DNA of 32,000 nucleotides from Bellilinea caldifistulae. Its GTDB lineage: Bacteria > Chloroflexota > Anaerolineae > Anaerolineales > Anaerolineaceae. Numbering within the stretch: the stretch's first letter is position 1; each line of letters begins with the position of its first letter. The position numbers and the translations under genes are program-made. Positions 18,731-27,293 of this stretch are shown here, in pieces. Location: contig NZ_LGHJ01000016.1 of the NCBI RefSeq assembly GCF_001306055.1, positions 60,001 to 92,000 of the forward strand. Reading direction: 5' to 3'. Below the pieces are notes generated by a model. It saw only the letters and a list, made by a program, of their open reading frames with translations. It was not told the origin of the DNA and ran no database searches.

Positions 18731-18763
18731 GAAGCAAATTATACTCGAAACGATTCCGACGTG

Positions 18764-18788
18764 ATATAATGTTGTATATACATTATAT
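18764..18788. promoter_or_regulatory. Perfect 9-bp inverted repeat ATATAATGT-N7-ACATTATAT (candidate operator) in the divergent lipoate-ligase/ROK intergenic region
   Basis: Arms at 18764-18772 and 18780-18788 are exact reverse complements. It lies ~30 nt upstream of the ROK -35 and ~35 nt upstream of the minus-strand gene start. Confidence 0.35.
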
Positions 18789-18818
18789 TTCTGTATTCTC
18801 CCGCGATTGTTAAGTTAC

Positions 18819-18846
18819 TTGACATTCTTTCGAATTTGGTTATAAT
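18819..18846 (+). promoter_or_regulatory. Near-consensus sigma-70 promoter of the ROK regulator gene
   Basis: TTGACA (18819-18824), a 16-nt spacer, TATAAT (18841-18846). The ATG at 18868 is preceded by AGGGAG. Confidence 0.6.
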
Positions 18847-18867
18847 CTTTACAAGATATAGGGAGAA

Positions 18868-20100
18868 ATGCGCTCTTTGGACACGACTTTTTGGCAAGTT
18901 CCCAAAGCAAGTGTTAAAAATCTTAACAAGCACGCCGCGCTGGACTTAATCCGTTTCAGCCCAAGCGGAATTTCGAGAATAGAACTTTCGCGGGAGCTGG
19001 GATTAACCCGTGCGGCTGTTACCGCAATTGTTGGGGATTTGATCAAAGCCGGTCTGGTACGTGAAACGAACGGCCAATCCTCGCGTGGGCGACGTGCAAT
19101 TGCTCTGGAAATCAACCCGCAAGGTGGGCTGGTGGTGGGAGTGGACATCGGGGCGACCCACGTAACTTTTGTATTGGCGGATTATCTTGCTCATGTAATT
19201 GATGAAATTGAAGCCTCGCTGGACATTTTTGAGGGGCCACAGGTTTGCCTGCCCTTTGTTGATCAAATGATGCGCTCGTGGCTGGAACAACTCGGCGTGA
19301 AATTGAGTCAAATTACGGCCATTGGTGTTGGGGTGCCCGGTCCGATTGTGACTGATGCTGGAATGGTCAGCGGCCCTCCCATTATGCCGGGGTGGGATCT
19401 CTTCCCGATTCGCGAGTGGTTGGAGAAGGCATGGGGATGTCCGGTGACGCTTGGGAATGATGCCGAGTTTGGTGCTTTGGGAGAATGGGCATTTGGAGCC
19501 GGCCGTGGGGTAGATAATCTGGTTTATATCAAAGTCGGCACCGGTATCGGGGCGGGATTGTTAATCGAGGGACAGATTTACCGCGGTACGACCGGATGTG
19601 CGGGTGAAATCGGTCACGTAACTATTGAGGAAGATGGACCTTTATGCACCTGTGGGAATCGCGGGTGTTTGGAGGCGCTAGCCGGCGGACGGGCTATTGC
19701 TCAGAAAGCGATTCGAGCCATCAAAGCCGGCACACGCACTACATTGAGTGAGCGCCCTTCCATAGAAACCATAAGTGCAATGGATGTGATCGCTGCAGCC
19801 CGCAAAGGGGATCATCTTTCCCAAAAGTTGGTTCAAGAAGCGGGTTATTACCTCGGAACTGCGCTGGCGAATTTGATTAACCTCTTTAATCCGACCAGGA
19901 TTGTGATTGGCGGAGGGGTTGCTCAGGTCGGTGATTTACTGCTTGAACCGGTGCGTAAAGTGGCTAAACAACGCAGCCTCAAAGTTGCCTCGCAAGCAGT
20001 GACCATTACTTCTGCCGTGCTTGGCAGGCGCTCTTCTGCAATGGGCGCCGTTGCTCAGGCAATTTCATTGAGTTTACATCAACTGGCTGAAGCAAGTTAA
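18868..20100 (+). CDS. ROK-family transcriptional regulator (NagC/XylR type)
   Basis: N-terminal winged HTH 'ISRIELSRELGLTRAAVTAIVGDLIKAGLV'. ROK body 'GVDIGATH', 'LGNDAEFGALGE', 'GTGIGAGL' and Zn motif 'GHV....GPLCTCGNRGCLEA'. A near-consensus promoter lies upstream. Confidence 0.9.
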   Translation: MRSLDTTFWQVPKASVKNLNKHAALDLIRFSPSGISRIELSRELGLTRAAVTAIVGDLIKAGLVRETNGQSSRGRRAIALEINPQGGLVVGVDIGATHVTFVLADYLAHVIDEIEASLDIFEGPQVCLPFVDQMMRSWLEQLGVKLSQITAIGVGVPGPIVTDAGMVSGPPIMPGWDLFPIREWLEKAWGCPVTLGNDAEFGALGEWAFGAGRGVDNLVYIKVGTGIGAGLLIEGQIYRGTTGCAGEIGHVTIEEDGPLCTCGNRGCLEALAGGRAIAQKAIRAIKAGTRTTLSERPSIETISAMDVIAAARKGDHLSQKLVQEAGYYLGTALANLINLFNPTRIVIGGGVAQVGDLLLEPVRKVAKQRSLKVASQAVTITSAVLGRRSSAMGAVAQAISLSLHQLAEAS

Positions 20101-20135
20101 TTTTTGGAAAGGAGGTGATGTGCAGGATTTTCAGC

Positions 20136-20145
20136 TTCAATTGAA
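20136..20145. promoter_or_regulatory. Perfect 10-bp palindrome TTCAATTGAA in the ROK-malE intergenic region (candidate operator half-site pair)
   Basis: The sequence is self-complementary. With flanks, CTTCAATTGAAa matches at 11 of 12 positions. Confidence 0.25.
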
Positions 20146-20237
20146 AGGATTAGTTACAACAGAAGAGAACACCCTTTTGAGAAGGGTTGCCCTCCAGCGG
20201 AGGGACTCGTAAATCCAAACTTTTTAGGAGGAAAGAG

Positions 20238-21545
20238 ATGTTGAAAAAATTTATGCCCTTGATCGGCTTGTTGCTGATCGCCTCGTTTGTTCTGGCAGCC
20301 TGCCAACCTGCGGCTACCCCTGCTCCCACGACTGCTCCCGAACAGCCGACGACTGCCCCGGCGGAACCCACGTCTGCCCCGGCAGAACCCACTACACCTC
20401 CGACTGCGGAGCAAGTGACCATTACCATCTGGCATCAGTGGGACGGTAAATATCTGGAAGCCATTACCCAGGCTTTTAAGGATTACGAAGCCTCTCACCC
20501 GAATGTCAAAATTGACCTTTCTAAACCTGAGGATGTTGCCAATGCTCTGAACGTGGCGATCCCGGCTGGCGAAGGTCCGGACATTATCGGTTGGGCAAAC
20601 GATAAAATCGGTGAACAGGCGTTGCAGGGCAACATCGTTGCGTTGAACGATTTCGGTATTGACAAGGCTTTCCTTGAGAGCATTTACACCGAATCTGGCA
20701 TCAACGGTGTGACCTGGATGGATACGATCTGGGCGTTGCCTGAAACGATGGAAGGTATTGCACTGGTTGCCAATAAAGCATTGGTCACCGAAGAATACCT
20801 GCCCACCGATCCGTTTGCCTGGGATGACCTTCTGGCAAAGGCTGAAAAGTTCTACGCCGATAAGGGTATTCCGCTAATCTGCAACCAGGGGTTTGGTGCG
20901 GAAGATGCCTATCACATGTCGCCAATTTACTTTGGCTTTGGTGTGCCGGCTTATGTAGATGAAGACGGCAATGCCTACATGGATACTCCGGAAGCTTTGA
21001 AAGCGGCTGAATGGCTGGTTAAACTCAAAGCCGTATCGCTGGCTGAAAACAGCTACGATATCTGCAATGCTGCTTTGCAGGAAGGCAAGGTTGGCATGTG
21101 GTGGACCGGCCCGTGGGCAATTGCTGGCATCGAAGATGCTGGAATTGATTACACCATCGTGGCGATGGGGAAACCCTTTGTGGGTATCAAGACTCTCATG
21201 CTGAGCAAGAATGCGGTTGACCGCGGTAAAGCCGAGGTGGCCCTGGATGTGATGAAGTACTTCACCAGCGCCGAGGTTCAGAAGAAACTGGCTCTGATTA
21301 ACAAGACCATCCCGGCTCAAAAAGCGGCCATCGACGATCCCGAAGTTGCTCAGCTGCCGGCAGTGGCTGGTTACGGTAAAGCCCTAGCCATCGGTGTGCC
21401 GATGTCGCCGTCGCCGTTCTCCTCTGCTCAATGGGGTCCGGTTGGCCGCGCATCTGCCGCTATCTGGACCGGCGCTCAGGATCCGCAGACTGCATTGAAA
21501 GAAGCCCAGGCTGCGATCTTGGAAGCCGTTGAAGGAATGAAGTAA
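20238..21545 (+). CDS. malE: Maltose/maltodextrin-type ABC transporter substrate-binding lipoprotein (CUT1 family)
   Basis: ATG at 20238 lies 6 nt after AGGAGG (the TTG at 20187 in the track is rejected). Lipobox 'VLAAC' plus a Pro/Thr/Ala tether. 'ITIWHQWDG', 'AGEGPDIIGWANDKIGEQALQGNIVALN' and 'IWALPETMEGIALVANK' parallel E. coli MalE blocks. Confidence 0.85.
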   Translation: MLKKFMPLIGLLLIASFVLAACQPAATPAPTTAPEQPTTAPAEPTSAPAEPTTPPTAEQVTITIWHQWDGKYLEAITQAFKDYEASHPNVKIDLSKPEDVANALNVAIPAGEGPDIIGWANDKIGEQALQGNIVALNDFGIDKAFLESIYTESGINGVTWMDTIWALPETMEGIALVANKALVTEEYLPTDPFAWDDLLAKAEKFYADKGIPLICNQGFGAEDAYHMSPIYFGFGVPAYVDEDGNAYMDTPEALKAAEWLVKLKAVSLAENSYDICNAALQEGKVGMWWTGPWAIAGIEDAGIDYTIVAMGKPFVGIKTLMLSKNAVDRGKAEVALDVMKYFTSAEVQKKLALINKTIPAQKAAIDDPEVAQLPAVAGYGKALAIGVPMSPSPFSSAQWGPVGRASAAIWTGAQDPQTALKEAQAAILEAVEGMK

Positions 21546-21560
21546 ATCGGTAACCAAAAT

Positions 21561-21597
21561 GGGAGAGCCCTGATTATGGGGCTCTCCCTCTTCTTAT
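21561..21597 (+). terminator. Intercistronic GC-rich hairpin (partial terminator or mRNA-stabilising element) between malE and malF
   Basis: GGGAGAGCCC (21561-21570), 8-nt loop, GGGCTCTCCC (21579-21588), followed by the T-rich TCTTCTT. This is the classic position for attenuating permease expression relative to the binding protein. Confidence 0.6.
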
Positions 21598-21634
21598 CCT
21601 TCCCGTTCATGAAAACAGGAGAGAGGAGTCCGCT

Positions 21635-22855
21635 ATGGTCACCTGGAAGGGAACACGCAAGAGCCTGACGATTTTTTTGTTTCTGTTTCCAACCATGTTG
21701 GGCATTCTGGTATTCAATGTTTACCCCATTGTTTTGAATACTTACATTTCGTTCACCAATCGGAACAAATTTCGCCCAAAACCAGATTGCGAAGTTTTCT
21801 TGACCGGTCTCCTCGATCCTCTTTGCTGGCCTCAATTCCGACAAAATGCTCAGGGGGGACTTGGATCGCCGTATCGTCTGGCAGATCCATTATTTGCCAA
21901 TTATCAAGCCCTGCTGGGTAAATTGTTTTCAGCCGATGCTTTGATGGCGCTCGGCAAGATTTTGCTGGTCTTTGCACCATTGGTCGGAGCGGTGTATGTC
22001 AACCGGAGGTTTGACCGGGAAATTGACAGGCCAATTTCCAGCGGGATGGTGTGGCTGATTGCCGTCCTGCTGGTGGTTGGGTTGGCTTACGTGCTTTCGA
22101 TCCGGGCTGCCTTTAATCAATTGATGTCCACGGGTCCGTTCATTGTGGTGGTGCTGCGAACCATTCTCTTTGTTGCCATTCGGGTGCCGTTGACTTTTGT
22201 GTTTGGTCTTGCCCTGGCATTGATTTTAAACGACACCCGCTTAAAGGGCAAAACTTTTTTCCGCGTGGCTTTGTTTGTACCGTGGGGAGCTTCATCCGTA
22301 GCAATATTAATGGCTCTGGTGTGGCAGTTTTTCTTCCGCCAGCAGGGTACCATCAATCAGCTGCTAGCCCAAATAGGAATTCAGGGGCCGATCTGGCTGC
22401 AAAACCCGGTCAGTGCGTTTGGGGTGGTGGTGCTGGCCGACCTGTGGTTCTCTTACCCTTTCTTCATGGTGGCTATTCTTGGTGCGCTACAATCTATTCC
22501 GGTTGAGTTGTATGAGGCAGCCGAAGTAGATGGGGCTAACTGGTGGGTTCAGTTACAGCGGATTACTTTGCCATTGATTCGTCCGGCGGTGCTTCCGGCA
22601 ACCGTGCTGACCTCGATCACCGCATTTCAAATGTTTGGGACAGCGTATGCCATCACAGCAGGCGGGCCGCTAGCGGGCGCCGATACGCCTGGCGCAACCG
22701 AATTTGTGATGGTATATGCCTATCGCCAGATTTACCAGCTGCAAAATTACGGGCGTGCAACTGCCTTTGCGGTGTTGATTTTTATCATGCTCTTCCTTGC
22801 TACCCTGTATAGCTTGAGAATTACCCGCATTACGAAAGGAGCATATGAGTCATGA
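21635..22855 (+). CDS. malF: Sugar ABC transporter permease, MalF-like
   Basis: Multi-pass membrane protein with EAA loop 'YEAAEVDGANWWVQLQRITLPLIRPAV'. Has extra N-terminal helices and a loop, as in MalF. Follows malE after an intercistronic hairpin. Confidence 0.85.
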   Translation: MVTWKGTRKSLTIFLFLFPTMLGILVFNVYPIVLNTYISFTNRNKFRPKPDCEVFLTGLLDPLCWPQFRQNAQGGLGSPYRLADPLFANYQALLGKLFSADALMALGKILLVFAPLVGAVYVNRRFDREIDRPISSGMVWLIAVLLVVGLAYVLSIRAAFNQLMSTGPFIVVVLRTILFVAIRVPLTFVFGLALALILNDTRLKGKTFFRVALFVPWGASSVAILMALVWQFFFRQQGTINQLLAQIGIQGPIWLQNPVSAFGVVVLADLWFSYPFFMVAILGALQSIPVELYEAAEVDGANWWVQLQRITLPLIRPAVLPATVLTSITAFQMFGTAYAITAGGPLAGADTPGATEFVMVYAYRQIYQLQNYGRATAFAVLIFIMLFLATLYSLRITRITKGAYES

Positions 22856-23697
22856 TCAGGAAAACTCCGGTCGGTGTACGAATTTTGCAATATACCTTTC
22901 TGGTCATTGCGGTTATTTTTGCGCTTTACCCGGTTTGGTTTGCTCTGCTGGCTTCGGGGCGTTCAGGTGGGCGTCTGTATACCCTCAGCCTGCCGGGTAT
23001 GTTCTTCCCGGTTGATTGGAGTTTTGAAAACTACCGGTTCATGCTATTTGAGCGACCTTACCTGACATGGCTTACCAATAGTTTCAAAGTTGCCAGTATT
23101 ACTACAGTTGCCAGCCTGGTGGTGTGTACCTCAGCGGCGTTTGCCTTGTCGCGGTTTCGTTTCAAGGGACGGGAGTTTTTCCTGATTTTCCTGCTGGCGA
23201 TTTCCACTTTTCCGGGGATCCTCTCGCTGGTGGCGATTGCTCAGGTGTTGACCGCTATTGGGCTGTTTGGCAAGCATTTGGGTTTGATTTTAGCCTTTAC
23301 CTCGGCCACTCTCGTATTTTGTACCTGGAATCTCAAAGGATATTTCGATACCATTCCAATTGATTTGGAGGAGGCTGCCCAGATTGATGGAACCACGCCG
23401 GTGCAAGCCTTCTTCCTGATTGCCCTGCCGCTGGCACGCCCGGCACTCGCAGTGACTGCCATTCTCGCCTTTATGACCGGTTGGGGAGATTTCATTTTCT
23501 CATCCGTACTGGTACCTGCACCGGATACGGTTAAATTAGCCGTTCCGGCTTTGTACTCACTGGCCAACAGCGTATCAGTGCCTTGGGGTCAATTTGCGGC
23601 CGGTGCTGTGATTGTTGTCATTCCCACCGTTCTGGTTTATCTGGCTTTGAATCGATACTTTGAAGCTGGCTTGACGGTTGGTGGTGTAAAGGGTTAA
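22852..23697 (+). CDS. malG: Sugar ABC transporter permease, MalG-like
   Basis: ATGA overlap with malF. EAA loop 'EEAAQIDGTTPVQAFFLIALPLARPAL' closely parallels E. coli MalG. Confidence 0.85.
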   Translation: MIRKTPVGVRILQYTFLVIAVIFALYPVWFALLASGRSGGRLYTLSLPGMFFPVDWSFENYRFMLFERPYLTWLTNSFKVASITTVASLVVCTSAAFALSRFRFKGREFFLIFLLAISTFPGILSLVAIAQVLTAIGLFGKHLGLILAFTSATLVFCTWNLKGYFDTIPIDLEEAAQIDGTTPVQAFFLIALPLARPALAVTAILAFMTGWGDFIFSSVLVPAPDTVKLAVPALYSLANSVSVPWGQFAAGAVIVVIPTVLVYLALNRYFEAGLTVGGVKG

Positions 23698-23718
23698 TCC
23701 TGAAATAAAACAGGGAAT

Positions 23719-25500
23719 TTGGTGGACGATTTCATCTTTGGTACATTAGCAACCGAACAACTAAGACTGGAGCGGGTATATGGTCTCCGCGCGGGAATTA
23801 GTCATGCATTTCGCAGGTTTCCGCGTGATCCACTGCCGGCCCATGCAATTCAACTGGTGCTTTCAGCCGGCCCGGAATTCCCTGTGCGGCGGGGTTGGGT
23901 TTACTGGACCAGCGACGGCAGTGATCCACAAGGTAACTTTGGACATGCCTTGAATGGATTTGCTGCTCCGCTCCTTTTTACTCACACAGAATGGGATAAT
24001 GTCCTGTGGGGATATATCAGTTATTACGAAGCGGTATTGCCCAGATTTCCGGCGGGGACTGTGGTGCGATATTGTTTTGGTTTAGAGGTAAGCGGGAAAG
24101 GGGAAGTGTTGTCGGATCATGGGCGGGTGTTTGCCTGCTACGTGGATGATGACCCCTTGCCTGACTGGACCAGGGATGCCATTGTCTATGAGGTCTTTGT
24201 GGACCGCTTTTCTCCGGCTAAGGGCGAGAACTGGAAGAAACCGAAAACCCCAGGTGGTTTTTTTGGCGGAACGCTGAGGGGAATCACCGATCATCTTGAT
24301 TATCTGGCCGATTTAGGAGTCAACACGCTTTGGCTGACGCCTATCTTTCAAAGTCCCAGCCATCACGGGTATGATGCCACCGATTTTTTTGAGGTAGAAG
24401 CGCGGCTTGGCAGTAAAGATGATTTACGCGATCTTCTAACGGAAGCGCATCACAGGGGAATCAGGGTGTTACTGGACTTTGTTCCAAATCATGTTTCAAA
24501 CCTGCATCCCTATTTTCAATCGGCAATTTCTGATCCGCAAAGTCCCTACCGCGAATGGTTCACCTTTCATCATTACCCGGATGACTACGAAACCTTTTTT
24601 GGGGTCAAGAGTCTTCCACAATTGAATCTCCGCTATCCGCCCGCTCGAGAGTATGTTTTGAATGCCGCCCGTTACTGGTTGGAATTTGGCGTAGATGGGT
24701 TTCGTGTAGATTACGCCATTGGGCCGGCAGCTGATTTTTGGGCTGATTTTCGCAAGGTGACCCGGCAGGTAAAGCCGGATTGTTGGACATTTGGGGAGAT
24801 TGTGGATCCCTCCGATGTTCAATTGACATTTACCGGTCAGTTGGATGGGGCGCTGGATTTTATTCTGTTAGAGGGGTTGCGCCAGTCGCTTGCATTTGGG
24901 CGTTGGGATGGTCATAAACTGGCATCGTTTTTAGAGAGGCATCAGGCTTACTTCCCCGCAGACTTTTCCCGGCCATCTTTTCTGGATAATCACGACATGA
25001 ATCGCTTCCTCTGGGCGGCCGGCAACGACCAGCGCCGTCTTAAATTGGCTGCTTTGTTACAATTCAGCCTTTCGGGTCCGCCAGTGATCTATTATGGTAC
25101 AGAAGTCGGCTTATCTCAGAAGCGAGATGTGCGGCAGGACGGGCGCGGTGTACCGGAGGAATCGCGGCTGCCGATGCTGTGGGGAAAACAACAGAATACA
25201 CAACTGTTGAACTATTACCGAAAATTGATTGAGGTAAGGAAAAATTTCCAGGCCTTCAGCAAAGGCAAGTTCAAGGTGCTGGATTGCAACGATTGGTTGG
25301 TTGTGCTGGAGCGGCAATACGAGCAGGAAACTTTGGCGGTGGTCATCAATCTTTCGTCAACCTCGCAAAATTATTCCCTTCCCGGTCAGTGGTTCATTCA
25401 GGTTCAAACTGACCAAAATTGTGAGCGAGTCCTTCAAGATCGAATCACGCACCTCGCCTTGCCAGCGCTAGGCGGTGTGATTTTGTCCAAAACCCGATGA
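23719..25500 (+). CDS. Cytoplasmic GH13 alpha-amylase-family enzyme (neopullulanase/cyclomaltodextrinase-like) with an N-terminal accessory domain
   Basis: GH13 regions I 'DFVPNHVS', II 'GFRVDYAIG', III 'FGEIVD' and IV 'FLDNHDMNR' are all intact. 'GGTLRGITDHLDYLADLGVNTLWLTPIF'. No signal peptide. The start is either the TTG at 23719 or the GTG at 23722. Confidence 0.88.
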   Translation: MVDDFIFGTLATEQLRLERVYGLRAGISHAFRRFPRDPLPAHAIQLVLSAGPEFPVRRGWVYWTSDGSDPQGNFGHALNGFAAPLLFTHTEWDNVLWGYISYYEAVLPRFPAGTVVRYCFGLEVSGKGEVLSDHGRVFACYVDDDPLPDWTRDAIVYEVFVDRFSPAKGENWKKPKTPGGFFGGTLRGITDHLDYLADLGVNTLWLTPIFQSPSHHGYDATDFFEVEARLGSKDDLRDLLTEAHHRGIRVLLDFVPNHVSNLHPYFQSAISDPQSPYREWFTFHHYPDDYETFFGVKSLPQLNLRYPPAREYVLNAARYWLEFGVDGFRVDYAIGPAADFWADFRKVTRQVKPDCWTFGEIVDPSDVQLTFTGQLDGALDFILLEGLRQSLAFGRWDGHKLASFLERHQAYFPADFSRPSFLDNHDMNRFLWAAGNDQRRLKLAALLQFSLSGPPVIYYGTEVGLSQKRDVRQDGRGVPEESRLPMLWGKQQNTQLLNYYRKLIEVRKNFQAFSKGKFKVLDCNDWLVVLERQYEQETLAVVINLSSTSQNYSLPGQWFIQVQTDQNCERVLQDRITHLALPALGGVILSKTR

Positions 25501-27263
25501 TTTCAAGGCGATTGAACAAACCTGTCTTTCTTCTTATCATCCTGACTCTGGTCAGCGCGTGTACAGCACCTCAATCCTCGCCGAATGGTAATGCGGTGCA
25601 GGTCAATGAGCCGGTACTTACCCTCACCCCTACCGATGTTGACGAATGGGGACAACCGCTGAATGCCCAGACGGTCAATGAGCCAGTCATTACCCTCACT
25701 CCTACCGATGTGGTTCAGGAAAATGGAGAATGGTGGAAAACGGCGGTTTTTTATCAGGTTTTTGTCCGCGGTTTTTACGACTCGAATGGGGATGGGATCG
25801 GTGATTTTCGTGGCTTAATTCAAAAACTGGATTACTTGAACGATGGAAATCCCGAAACGGCTACCGATTTAGGCGTTACTGCGCTTTGGTTAATGCCCAT
25901 TCACCCTTCGCCGTCCTATCATGGATATGATGTGACCGATTATTACAATGTCAATCCCGATTATGGCACTATGGATGATTTTAGGGAGTTGATCGAGGCT
26001 GCCCACCAGCGCGGGATCAAAGTCATCATTGATCTGGTCATCAACCATACATCCACCCAGCACACATGGTTTAAACAGGCGCTAGAATCTGAATCTCCTT
26101 TCTATGATTACTATATCTGGCAGGATGAAAACCCCGGATATAGCGGGCCGCAAGGACAGGTAGTCTGGCATCGAGCGTCTAACGGAAAGTACTATTACGC
26201 GCTTTTCTGGGATCAAATGCCCGACCTGAATCTGAAAAATCCGGCAGTAAAAGAGGAAATTTACCAAATTGTTCGTTTCTGGCTGGAGGATGTAGGTGTA
26301 GATGGCTTTCGTCTGGATGCCGCCAAACATCTGATTGAAGAAGAAACCCAGCAGGAAAACACGGCTTTAACCCATGAATGGCTGGCCAATTTCTACGCTT
26401 ATTACAAATCGCTCAAGCCCCAGGCGATAACTGTGGGGGAGGTCTGGGCGAACAGTTTTGAAGCAGTCCGTTATGTTCGCAATTCCGAAATGGATATGGT
26501 GTTCAATTTTGATCTGGCACGTTCCATTTTGAGTAATATCAATGATCGGGATGCGATTTCTTTGAGTAATACATTGACCTTCGAAACGCGTTTATTCCCA
26601 ACCGGCAGCATGGGCGTCTTTTTGACCAATCACGATCAAGACCGAGTGATGACCGTCCTGATGAAGGATATTGATAAGGCGCGTCTTGCCGCAGCGGTAT
26701 ATTTGACCAGCCCAGGAGTGCCATTTATTTATTATGGGGAGGAAATCGGGCTGACCGGCCAGGGTGATCATCGTAATATCCGCACGCCGATGCATTGGTC
26801 ATCGGAAAGGATGGCCGGCTTTACCAGCACTACTCCATGGATATTTCCGAAAATGGATTACCCCGAGAAAAATGTCCAGAAGCAATTGGAAGACCCCGAA
26901 TCATTACTCAGGTTTTACATTAACCTGTTGAGGATACGAAACCAATCAGACGCGTTGCAAACCGGCCAGTTTATTCCGCTGTCCAGTTCTTCGCCTTCTA
27001 TTCTAAGCTATGCCCGAGTCAGCCAGAACGATCAGATTTTGATCCTATTAAATTTGGGTGACCAGCCGCAAAATGGGGTGACCCTTCGGTCACCAGAAGG
27101 ATTGAAGCCCGGGAGATATCGTTTGCAGCCGCTGGCAGGCCGACTGATTGATGCGATCGTTTCGGTAGAGCAGAATGGATCTTTGGATGATTTTGAGTTT
27201 CCGGAGACAATCGCGGCCGGGGATGTTTTGATTTATCAATTCATTCAGATTCCAGAGAGTTAA
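25497..27263 (+). CDS. Secreted GH13 alpha-amylase-family lipoprotein (alpha-glucosidase/oligo-1,6-glucosidase-like subfamily)
   Basis: ATGA overlap with the previous gene. Lipobox 'LVSAC'. 'WWKTAVFYQVFVRGFYDSNGDGIGDF.G'. Regions I 'DLVINHTS', II 'GFRLDAAKH', III 'VGEVW' and IV 'FLTNHDQDR'. Also 'MPDLNLKNP'. Confidence 0.88.
   Translation: MISRRLNKPVFLLIILTLVSACTAPQSSPNGNAVQVNEPVLTLTPTDVDEWGQPLNAQTVNEPVITLTPTDVVQENGEWWKTAVFYQVFVRGFYDSNGDGIGDFRGLIQKLDYLNDGNPETATDLGVTALWLMPIHPSPSYHGYDVTDYYNVNPDYGTMDDFRELIEAAHQRGIKVIIDLVINHTSTQHTWFKQALESESPFYDYYIWQDENPGYSGPQGQVVWHRASNGKYYYALFWDQMPDLNLKNPAVKEEIYQIVRFWLEDVGVDGFRLDAAKHLIEEETQQENTALTHEWLANFYAYYKSLKPQAITVGEVWANSFEAVRYVRNSEMDMVFNFDLARSILSNINDRDAISLSNTLTFETRLFPTGSMGVFLTNHDQDRVMTVLMKDIDKARLAAAVYLTSPGVPFIYYGEEIGLTGQGDHRNIRTPMHWSSERMAGFTSTTPWIFPKMDYPEKNVQKQLEDPESLLRFYINLLRIRNQSDALQTGQFIPLSSSSPSILSYARVSQNDQILILLNLGDQPQNGVTLRSPEGLKPGRYRLQPLAGRLIDAIVSVEQNGSLDDFEFPETIAAGDVLIYQFIQIPES
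25601..25712 (+). repeat. In-frame tandem duplication (2 copies, 72-nt period) in the tether of the secreted GH13 lipoprotein
   Basis: GGTCAATGAGCCGGTACTTACCCTCACCCCTACCGATGTT (25601-25640) versus GGTCAATGAGCCAGTCATTACCCTCACTCCTACCGATGTG (25673-25712). These encode VNEPVLTLTPTDV and VNEPVITLTPTDV. Confidence 0.8.
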
Positions 27264-27293
27264 ACGACTCCCTTCTAGTGGCAGCAGCTGCCT

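Noticed and set aside
20187-20237. TTG start at 20187 for malE, as given in the ORF track
   Set aside because: The ATG at 20238 has AGGAGG 6 nt upstream and begins a canonical lipoprotein signal peptide (MLKKFMPLIGLLLIASFVLAAC). The upstream extension is hydrophilic and overlaps the hairpin region.
20150-20498. Minus-strand ORFs encoding repetitive G/S/A/V or R/G/S peptides, which look like a repeat protein
   Set aside because: They are the reverse-complement reading of the Pro/Thr/Ala tether of MalE (CCx/ACx/GCx codons). The plus-strand lipoprotein reading, with SD, lipobox and MalE homology, explains the region.
25601-25712. 72-nt direct repeat considered as a CRISPR-like or VNTR element
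   Set aside because: There are only two copies, in frame, inside a coding tether region, and they have diverged at synonymous and conservative positions. This is a simple intragenic duplication.
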